From the human T2T-CHM13v2.0 reference genome, Homo sapiens, in NCBI RefSeq assembly GCF_009914755.1, contig NC_060944.1: DNA of 64,000 bases. One strand, 5' to 3'. The notes beneath the pieces were generated by a model. The model did not search any database and was not told the origin of the DNA. It worked only from the letters and a program-made list of their open reading frames with translations. This document shows, one piece after another, positions 30,601 to 41,200 of the stretch (position 1 is its first letter; every line of letters begins with the position of its first letter). Both the position numbers and the translations under genes were made by a program.

Positions 30601-32805
30601 CAAAACTGCTCAATCCAAAGAAAGGTTGTACCCTGTGAGATGAATGCACGCATCACAGAGTAGTTTCTCAGAATGCTTCTGCATAGTTTTTATGTGAAGA
30701 TATTTCCTTCTACACTGTAGGCCTGAAAAGACTCCAAATATCCATTTACAGATTCTAAAAAAAGAGTGTTTCAAAACTGCTATATCAATAGAAACATCCA
30801 ACTCTGTGAGATGAATGCACAGATCACAAAGAAGTTTCTCGGAATGCTTCTGTGTAGTTTTTGTGTGAAGACATTTCATTTTCCACAGTATGCCTCAAAG
30901 CGCTCCAAATATCCACTCTCAGATTCTGTAAAAAGAGAGATTCCAAACTGCTGAATCAAAAGATAGGTTCAACACTGTGACTTAGGTGCACAATTCACAA
31001 AGATGTTCCTCAGAAATCTTCTGTGTAGTTTTTATATGAAGATATCTCCTCCTCCAAAACAGATCTCAAAGCCCTCCAAATATTCACTTCCAGATTGTAC
31101 GGAAAGATTGTGTCAAAACTGCTAAATCAAAACAAAGGTTCAACTCTGTGATGAATGCACTCATCAGAAAGAAGGTTCTCTGAATGCTTCTGTGTAGTTT
31201 CTATTTGAAGATATTTCCTTTTCCAATATAGGGCAAAATAGGGCCCCAAATATTCACTTGCAGATTCTACAAAAAGGGAGATTCTAAACTGCTCAATCAA
31301 CAGATACCTTCAACAATGTGATTTGAATGCACACATCGCAAATAAGTTTCACAGAATGCTTCTGGGTAGTTTTTAGTTGAAGAAATTTCCCTTTCCACAA
31401 TAGGCCTCAAATCACTCTAAATATCCACTTGCAGATTCTACAAAAAGAGTGTTTCAAAACTGCTCAATCCAAAGAAAGGTTGTACCCTGTGAGATGAATG
31501 CACGCATCACAAAGTAGTTTCTCAGAATGCTTCTGCATAGTTTTTATGTGAAGATATTTCCTTCTACACTGTAGGCCTGAAAAGGCTCCAAATATCCATT
31601 TACAGATTCTAAAAAAAAAGTGTTTCAAAACTGCTATATCAATAGAAACATCCAACTCTGTGAGATGAATGCACAGATCACAAAGAAGTTTCTCAGAATG
31701 CTTCTGTGTAGTTTTTATGTGAAGATATTTGATTTTCCACAGTAGGCCCCAACGAGCTCCAAATATCCACTTGCAGATTCCACAAAAAGAGTGTTTCAAA
31801 ACTGCTCAATCAACAGAGACATTCAACTCTGTGAGATGAATGCACACATCACAAAGAAGTTTCTCAGAATGCTTCTGTGTAGTTTTTGTGTGAAGATATT
31901 TCATTTTCCACAGTACGCCTCAAAGCGCTCCAAATATCCACTCTCAGATTCTGTAAAAAGAGAGATTCAAAACTGCTGAATCAAAAGATAGGTTCAACAC
32001 TGTCACTTCAGTGCACAACTCACAAAGATGTTTCTCAGAATGCTTCTGTGTAGTTTTTGTGTGAAGATAATTCATTTTCCACAGTACGCCTCAAAGCGCT
32101 CCAAATATCCACTCACAGATTCTGTAAAAAGAAAGATTCAAAACTGCTGAATCAAAAGATACGTTCAACAATGTGAGCTGAATGCACACATCACAAATAA
32201 GGTTGACAGAATGCTTCTGGGTAGTTTTTATTTGAAGAAATTTCCCTTTCCACAATAGGCCTCAAATTGCTCTAAATATCCACTTGCAGATTCTACAGAG
32301 AGAATGTTTCAAAACTGCTCAGTCAAAAGAAAGGTTGTACTCTGTGAGGTGAATGCACACATCACAAAGTAGTTTCTCAGAATGCTTCTGCATAGTTTTT
32401 ATGTGAAGATATTTCCTTCCCCACTATAGGCCTCAAAGGCTCCAAATATCCACTTGTAGATTCTAAAAAAATAGTGTTTCAAAACTGCTGTATCAAAAGA
32501 AAGATTCAACTCTGTGAGATGGATGCACAGATCACAAAGAAGTTTCTCATAAAGCTTCTGTGTAGTTTTTATGTGAAGATATTTGTTTTTCCACAGCAGG
32601 CCCCAATGAACTCCAAATATCCACTTGCAGATTCTATAAAAAGAGTGTTTCAAAACTGCTCAATCAACAGAGACATTCAACTCTGTGAGATGAATGCACA
32701 CATCACAAAGAAGTTTCTCAGAATGCTTCTGTGCAGTTTTTGTGTGAAGATATTTCATTTTCCACAGTACGCCTCAAAGCGCTCCAAATATCCACTCGCA
32801 GGTTC
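27682..32805 (-). repeat. Structural-variant HOR copy: 30 monomers (5124 bp = 18-mer + extra 7-mer of 1195 bp + extra 5-mer of 854 bp)
   Basis: ORF spacing jumps by 5124 (26340 to 31464). Internal offsets are 28678 to 29873 (1195 bp) and 30610 to 31464 (854 bp), which sum to 2049 bp = 12 monomers. Confidence 0.92.
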
Positions 32806-35800
32806 TGTAAAAAGAGAGATTCAAAACTGGTGAATCAAAAGATAGGTTCAACACTGTGACTTCAGTGCACAACTCACAAAGGTGTTTATCAGAAATCTTC
32901 TGTACAGTTTTTATATGAAGATATCTCCTTCTCCAAAACACAACTCAAATCCCTACAAATATTCACTTCCAGATTCTACGGAATGATTGTCTCAAAACTA
33001 CTAAATCAAAACAAAGGTTCAACTCTGTGATGAATGCACTCATCAGAAAGAAGATTCTCTGAATGCTTCTGTGTAGTTTCTATTTGAAGATATTTCCTTT
33101 TCCACTCTAGGGCGAAATAGGGCTCCAAATATTCACTTGCAGAATCTACAAAAAGAGAGATTCTAAACTGCTCAATCAACAGATACGTTCAACAATGTGA
33201 GTTGAATGCACACATCACAAATAAGTTTCACAGAATGCTTCTGGGTAGTTTTTATTTGAAGAAATTTCCCTACCCAGCTCAGGCCTCAAGTCGCTCTAAA
33301 TATCCACTTGCAGATCCTACAAAAAGAGTGTGTCAAAACTGCTCAATCAAAAGAAAGGTTCTACTCTGTGAGATGGATGCAAACATCAGAAAGTAGTTTC
33401 GCAGAATTCTTCTGCATAGTTTTTATGTGAAGATATTTCCTTCTCCACTATAGGTCTCAAAAGGCTCCAAATATCCACTTGCAGATTCGAAAAAAAGACT
33501 GTTTCAAAACAGCTCAATCCAAAGAAAGGTTCTACTCTGTGAGATGAATGAACACATCATAAAGTAGTTTCTCAGAATGCTTCTGCATAGTTTTTATGTG
33601 AAGATATTTCCTTCTCCACTATAGGCCTCAAAAGCCTCCAAATATCCACTTGCGGATTCTAAAAAAAGAGTGCTTCTAAACTTCTGTACCAAAAGAAAGA
33701 TTCAACACTGTGAGATGAATGCACAGATCACAAAGAAGTTCCTCAGAATGCTTCTGTGTAGTCTTTATGTGAAGATATTTGTTTTTCCACAGTAGTCCCC
33801 AATGAGCTCCAAATATCCACTTGCAGATTCTACAAAAAGAGTGTTTCAAAACTGCTCAATCAACAGAGACATTCAACTCTGTGAGATGAATGCACCCATC
33901 ACAAAGAAGTTTCTCGGAATGCTTCTGTGTAGTTTTTGTGTGAAGACATTTCATTTTCCACAGTATGCCTCAAAGCGCTCCAAATATCCACTCTCAGATT
34001 CTGTAAAAAGAGAGATTCCAAACTGCTGAATCAAAAGATAGGTTCAACACTGTGACTTAGGTGCACAATTCACAAAGATGTTCCTCAGAAATCTTCTGTG
34101 TAGTTTTTATATGAAGATATCTCCTCCTCCAAAACAGATCTCAAAGCCCTCCAAATATTCACTTCCAGATTGTACGGAAAGATTGTGTCAAAACTGCTAA
34201 ATCAAAACAAAGGTTCAACTCTGTGATGAATGCACTCATCAGAAAGAAGGTTCTCTGAATGCTTCTGTGTAGTTTCTATTTGAAGATATTTCCTTTTCCA
34301 ATATAGGGCAAAATAGGGCCCCAAATATTCACTTGCAGATTCTGCAAAAAGGGAGATTCTAAACTGCTCAATCAACAGATACCTTCAACAATGTGATTTG
34401 AATGCACACATCGCAAATAAGTTTCACAGAATGCTTCTGGGTAGTTTTTAGTTGAAGAAATTTCCCTTTCCACAATAGGCCTCAAATCACTCTAAATATC
34501 CACTTGCAGATTCTACAAAAAGAGTGTTTCAAAACTGCTCAATCCAAAGAAAGGTTGTACCCTGTGAGATGAATGCACGCATCACAAAGTAATTTCTCAG
34601 AATGCTTCTGCATAGTTTTTATGTGAAGATATTTCCTTCTACACTGTAGGCCTGAAAAGGCTCCAAATATCCATTTACAGATTCTAAAAAAAAAGTGTTT
34701 CAAAACTGCTATATCAATAGAAACATCCAACTCTGTGAGATGAATGCACAGATCACAAAGAAGTTTCTCAGAATGCTTCTGTGTAGTTTTTATGTGAAGA
34801 TATTTGATTTTCCACAGTAGGCCCCAACGAGCTCCAAATATCCACTTGCAGATTCCACAAAAAGAGTGTTTCAAAACTGCTCAATCAACAGAGACATTCA
34901 ACTCTGTGAGATGAATGCACACATCACAAAGAAGTTTCTCAGAATGCTTCTGTGTAGTTTTTGTGTGAAGATATTTCATTTTCCACAGTACGCCTCAAAG
35001 CGCTCCAAATATCCACTCTCAGATTCTGTAAAAAGAGAGATTCAAAACTGCTGAATCAAAAGATAGGTTCAACACTGTCACTTCAGTGCACAACTCACAA
35101 AGATGTTTCTCAGAATGCTTCTGTGTAGTTTTTGTGTGAAGATAATTCATTTTCCACAGTACGCCTCAAAGCGCTCCAAATATCCACTCACAGATTCTGT
35201 AAAAAGAAAGATTCAAAACTGCTGAATCAAAAGATACGTTCAACAATGTGAGCTGAATGCACACATCACAAATAAGGTTGACAGAATGCTTCTGGGTAGT
35301 TTTTATTTGAAGAAATTTCCCTTTCCACAATAGGCCTCAAATTGCTCTAAATATCCACTTGCAGATTCTACAGAAAGAATGTTTCAAAACTGCTCAGTCA
35401 AAAGAAAGGTTGTACTCTGTGAGGTGAATGCACACTTCACAAAGTAGTTTCTCAGAATGCTTCTGCATAGTTTTTATGTGAAGATATTTCCTTCCCCACT
35501 ATAGGCCTCAAAGGCTCCAAATATCCACTTGTAGATTCTAAAAAAATAGTGTTTCAAAACTGCTGTATCAAAAGAAAGATTCAACTCTGTGAGATGGATG
35601 CACAGATCACAAAGAAGTATCTCATAAAGCTTCTGTGTAGTTTTTATGTGAAGATATTTGTTTTTCCACAGCAGGCCCCAATGAACTCCAAATATCCACT
35701 TGCAGATTCTATAAAAAGAGTGTTTCAAAACTGCTCAATCAACAGAGACATTCAACTATGTGAGATGAATGCACACATCACAAAGAAGTTTCTCAGAATG

Positions 35801-37000
35801 CTTCTGTGCAGTTTTTGTGTGAAGATATTTCATTTTCCACAGTACGCCTCAAAGCGCTCCAAATATCTACTCGCAGGTTCTGTAAAAAGAGAGATTCAAA
35901 ACTGGTGAATCAAAAGATAGGTTCAACACTGTGACTTCAGTGCACAACTCACAAAGGTGTTTATCAGAAATCTTCTGTACAGTTTTTATATGAAGATATC
36001 TCCTTCTCCAAAACACAACTCAAATCCCTACAAATATTCACTTCCAGATTCTACGGAATGATTGTCTCAAAACTACTAAATCAAAACAAAGTTTCAACTC
36101 TGTGATGAATGCACTCATCAGAAAGAAGGTTCTCTGAATGCTTCTGTGTAGTTTCTATTTGAAGATATTTCCTTTTCCACTCTAGGGCGAAATAGGGCTC
36201 CAAATATTCACTTGCAGAATCTACAAAAAGAGAGATTCTAAACTGCTCAATCAACAGATACGTTCAACAATGTGAGTTGAATGCACACATCACAAATAAG
36301 TTTCACAGAATGCTTCTGGGTAGTTTTTATTTGAAGAAATTTCCCTACCCAGCTCAGGCCTCAAGTCGCTCTAAATATCCACTTGCAGATCCTACAAAAA
36401 GAGTGTGTCAAAACTGCTCAATCAAAAGAAAGGTTCTACTCTGTGAGATGGATGCAAACATCAGAAAGTAGTTTCGCAGAATTCTTCTGCATAGTTTTTA
36501 TGTGAAGATATTTCCTTCTCCACTATAGGTCTCAAAAGGCTCCAAATATCCACTTGCAGATTCGAAAAAAAGACTGTTTCAAAACAGCTCAATCCAAAGA
36601 AAGGTTCTACTCTGTGAGATGAATGAACACATCATAAAGTAGTTTCTCAGAATGCTTCTGCATAGTTTTTATGTGAAGATATTTCCTTCTCCACTATAGG
36701 CCTCAAAAGGCTCCAAATATCCACTTGCGGATTCTAAAAAAAGAGTGCTTCTAAACTTCTGTATCAAAAGAATGATTCAACACTGTGAGATGAATGCACA
36801 GATCACAAAGAAGTTTCTCAGAATGCTTCTGTGTAGTGTTTATGTGAAGATATTTGTTTTTCCACAGTAGTCCCCAATGAGCTCCAAATATCCACTTGCA
36901 GATTCTACAAAAAGAGTGTTTCAAAACTGCTCAATCAACAGAGACATTCAACTCTGTGAGATGAATGCACCCATCACAAAGAAGTTTCTCAGAATGCTTC
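32806..37000 (-). repeat. Terminal 18-mer HOR copies (one full, 32806-35880, plus one partial)
   Basis: Sequence at 32806 and 35881 matches base 1 onward ('tgtaaaaagagagattcaaaactggtgaat'). Canonical monomer order breaks at ~37010. Confidence 0.93.
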
Positions 37001-38275
37001 TGTGTAGTTTTTATGTGAAGATATTTCCTTCTACACTGTAGGCCTGAAAAGACTCCAAATATCCATTTACAGATTCTAAAAAAAGAGTGTTTCAAAACTG
37101 CTGTATCAATAGAAACATCCAACTCTGTGAGATGAATGCACAGATCACAAAGAAGTTTCTCAGAATGCTTCTGTGTAGTTTTTATGAGAAGTTATTTGTT
37201 TTTCCACAGTAGGCCCCAATGAGCTCCAAATATCCACTTGCAGATTCTACAAAAAGAGTGTTTCAAAACTGCTCAATCAACAGAGACATTCAACTCTGTG
37301 AGATGAATGCACACATCACAAAGAAGTTCTGCCGAATGCTTCTGTGTAGTTTTTGTGTGAAGGTATTTCATTTTCAACAGTACGCCTCAAAGCGCTCCAA
37401 ATATCCACTCTCAGATTCTGTAAAAAGAGAGATTCAAAACTGCTGAATCAAAAGATACGTTCAACAACGTGACTTCAGTGCACAACTCACAAAGGTGTTT
37501 CTCAGAATGCTTCTGTATAGTTTTTATATGAAGATATCTCCTTCTCCAAAACAGAACTCAAAGCCCTCCAAATATTAACTTGCAGATTCTACGGAAAGAT
37601 TGTCTCAAAACTGCTAAATCAAAACAAAGGTTCAACTCTGTGATGAATGCACTCATCAGAAAGAAGGTTCTCTGAATGCTTCTGTGTAGTTTCTATTTGA
37701 AGATATTTCCTTTTCCACTCTAGGGCGAAATAGGGCTCCAAATATTCACTTGCAGAATCTACAAAAAGAGAGATTCTAAACTGCTCAATCAACAGATACG
37801 TTCAGCAATGTGATTTGAATGCACACATCACAAATAAGTTTCACAGAATGCTTCTGGGTAGTTTTTATTTGAAGAAATTTCCCTACCCAGAATAGGCCTC
37901 AAGTCGCTCTAAATATCCACTTGCAGATCCTACAAAAGGAGTGTGTCAAAACTGCTCAATCAAAAGAAAGGTTCTACTCTGTGAGATGGATGCAAACATC
38001 AGAAAGTAGTTTCGCAAAATTCTTCTACATAGTTTTTATGTGAAGATATTTCCTTCTCCACTATAGGTCTCAAAAGGCTCCAAATATCCACTTGCAGATT
38101 CGAAAAAAAGACTGTTTCAAAACAGCTCAATCCAAAGAAAGGTTCTACTCTGTGAGATGAATGAACACATCATAAAGTAGTTTCTCAGAATGCTTCTGCA
38201 TAGTTTTTATGTGAAGATATTTCCTTCTCCACTATAGGCCTCAAAAGGCTCCAAATATCCACTTGCAGATTCTGA
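36700..38275 (-). repeat. Transition zone of rearranged and diverged monomers between the 18-mer and 26-mer arrays
   Basis: Monomer order is E,F,E,F,A,B,C,D,E,E, with private variants ('tttatgagaagttatttg', 'aagttctgccgaatg', 'ttttcaacag') not found in either canonical HOR. Confidence 0.85.
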
Positions 38276-41200
38276 AAAAAGAGTGTTTCAAAACTGCTGT
38301 GTCAAAAGAAAGATTCAACTCTGTTAGATGAATGCACAGATCACAAAGAAGTTTCTCAGGATGCTTCTGTGTAGTTTTTATGTGAAGATATTTGTTTTTC
38401 CACAGTAGGCCCCAATGCGCTACAAATATCCACTCGCAGATTCTGTAAAAAGAGAGATTCAAAACTGCTGAATCAAAAGATAGGTTCAACACTGTGACTT
38501 CAGTGCACACCTCACAAAGAAGTTTCTCAGAATGCTTCTTTGTAGTTTTGATATGAAGATATCTCCTTCTCCAAAATAGATCTCAAAGCCCTCCAAATAT
38601 TCACTTCCAGATTCTATGGAAAGAGTCTCAAAACTGCTCAGTCAAAATAAAGGTAGAACTCTGTGAGAAGAATGCACACATCACAAAGAAGTTTCTCAGA
38701 ATATATTTGTGTAGTTTTTATTTGAGGATAGTTCCTTTTCTACCATAGGCTGCAAAGGGCTCCAAATATCCACTTGCAGATGGTACAAAGAGAGAGATTC
38801 TAAACTGCTCAATCAAAAGGTAGTTTCAACCCTGTGATATGAATGCACACATCCCAGAGAAGTTTCTCAAAATGCTTCTGTTTAGTTTTTATTTGAAGAT
38901 ATTTCCTTTTCCACCATACGCCTCAAAGGTCTCCAAATATCCACATGCTGCTTCTACAAAAAGAGAGATTAAAAAATGTTCTATCAAAATATAGGTTCAA
39001 CTCTGTGAGTTGAATGCGCACATCACAAAAAGTTTCTCAGAATGCTTCTGTGTAGTTTTTACGTGAAGATATCTCCTTTTCCACAATAGGCCTCAAAGCT
39101 CTCCAAATATCCGCAAGCAGAGTCTACAAAAAGAGAGATTCAAAACTGCTCAATGAAAAGATAGGTTCAACTCTGTGAGATGAGTGCACATCTCACAAAG
39201 AAGTTCCTCAGAATGCTTCTGTGTAGTTTTTATGTGAAGATATTTCCTTTTCCAAAATAGACCTCAAAGTCCTCCAAATATCCACTTCCAGACTCTATAA
39301 AAAGGTGTTTCAAAACTACTCAATCAAAAGAAAGGTTCAACTATATGAGATAAATGCACACATCACAAAATGGTTTCTCAGAATGCTTCTGTGTAGTTTT
39401 TATTTGAAGATATTTTCTTTTCCACCATGGGCCACAAAGGGCTACTAAAACCCACTTGCAGATTCTACAAAAAGAGAGATTCAAAACGGCTCAATCAAAA
39501 GATAGGCTCTCCCCTGTGAATTGAATGCACACATCACAAAGAAGTTTCTCAGAATGTTTCTGTGTAGTTTTTTTTTTGAAGATATTTCCTTTTCCACAAT
39601 AGGCCTCAAAGCTCTCCAAACATCCATTGCTAATTCTTCAAAAAGATCGCTTCAACACTGCTCTATAAAAAGGAAGTTTCAACTCCATTAGATGACTGCA
39701 CACATCACAAAGAAGTTTCTCAGAATGCCTCTGTGTAGTTTGTATGTGAAGATATTTCCTTTTCCACAGTAGGCCACAAAGGGCTCCAAATATCTACTTG
39801 CAGAATCTTCAAAAAGAGTGTTTCAAAAGTTCTCAATCAAAAGAAAAGTTAAACTCCATGAGATGAATGCATACATCACAAAGAAAGTTCTGAGAATGCT
39901 TCTGTCTTGTTTTTATGTGAAGATATTTGATTCTCTCCTGTAGGCAACAAGGCGCTCCAAATATCCACTTTCAGATACTACAAAAAGAGTGTTTTGAAAC
40001 TGCTCAATCATATGATAGGTTCAACCTTGTGAGATGAATGCCCACATCACAAAGTAGCTTCTCAGAATGTTTTTGTGTAGTTTTTATTTGAAGATATTTC
40101 CTTTTCCACCATAGGCCACAAAGGGCTCCAAACTTCCACTTGCAGATTCTACAAAAAGAGAGATTCAAAGCTGTTCAATCAAAAGATAGTTTCAACTCTG
40201 CGTGTTGAATGCACAAATCACAAAGTAGTTTCTCTGAATGCTTCTGTGTTGTGTTTGTTTATGTGAAGATATTTGCTTTTCCACTATAGGGCAAAATAGG
40301 GCTCCAAATATCCACTTGCAGATTCTGCAAAAAGGGAGATTCAAAACTGTACAATCAAAAGATAAGTTCAAATATGTGAGTTGAATGCACACAAAACAAA
40401 GAAGTTTCTCAGAATACCTCTGTGTAGTTTTTAGGTGAATATATTTGATTTTCCACAGTAGGCCTCAAAGGGCTCCAAATATCCACTTTCAGATTCTGAA
40501 ATAAGAAAGATTCAAAACTGCTCAATCAAACGATAGGTTCAAATCTGTGAGTTGAATGCACACCTCACAAAGAAGTTTCTCATAAAGTTTCTGTGTAGTT
40601 TTTATGTGAAGATATCTCCTTCTCCAAAATAGGCCCCAATGACCTCCAAATATGCACTTCCAGATTCCATGACAATAGTGCTTCAAAACTGCTCAATCCA
40701 AAGAAATGTTCAACACTGTGTGATGAATGCACTCATCACAAAGAAGTTTCTCTGAATGCTTCTGTGTATTTTGTATTTGAAGATATTTCCTCTTCCACCA
40801 TAGGGCTCATAGGGCTCCAAATATCCACTTGCAGATTCTACAAAAAGAGTATTCCAAAACTGCTCAATCAAAAGAAACGTCTAAAACTGTGAGATGAATG
40901 CACACATCACAAAGTAGTTTCTCAGAATGCTTCAGTGTAGTTTTTATGTGAAGACATTAGCTTGTCCACGGAAGGTCTCAAAGCGCTCCAAATATCCACT
41001 TGCAGATTCTACAAAATGAGTGTTTCAAAACTGCTCAATCATTAGATAGGTTCAACCCTGTGAGATGAATGCACACATAACAAAGAAGTTTTTCAGAATG
41101 CTTCTATGTAGTTTTTATTTGAAGGTATTTCCTTTACCACCATAGGTTGCAAGGGGCTCCAAATATCCACTTGCAGATTCTACAAAAAGAGAGATTCTAA

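Noticed and set aside
36700-38700. Possible transposon (L1/Alu) insertion or inversion at the array boundary
   Set aside because: The ~171-bp alphoid register and strand continue uninterrupted; no poly-A tail, target-site duplication or foreign sequence.
39660-39672. TATA-like 'ctctataaaaagg' (also 'ctataaaa' at ~2907 and ~39294)
   Set aside because: Expected by single substitutions in A-rich satellite sequence; no other evidence for a promoter or transcript.
40955-40980. 'attagcttgtccacggaaggtctc' in the CENP-B-box slot, partly resembling 'ttccaacgaag'
   Set aside because: It lacks the essential TCCCG and correctly placed CGAA bases, so it is not a functional CENP-B box.
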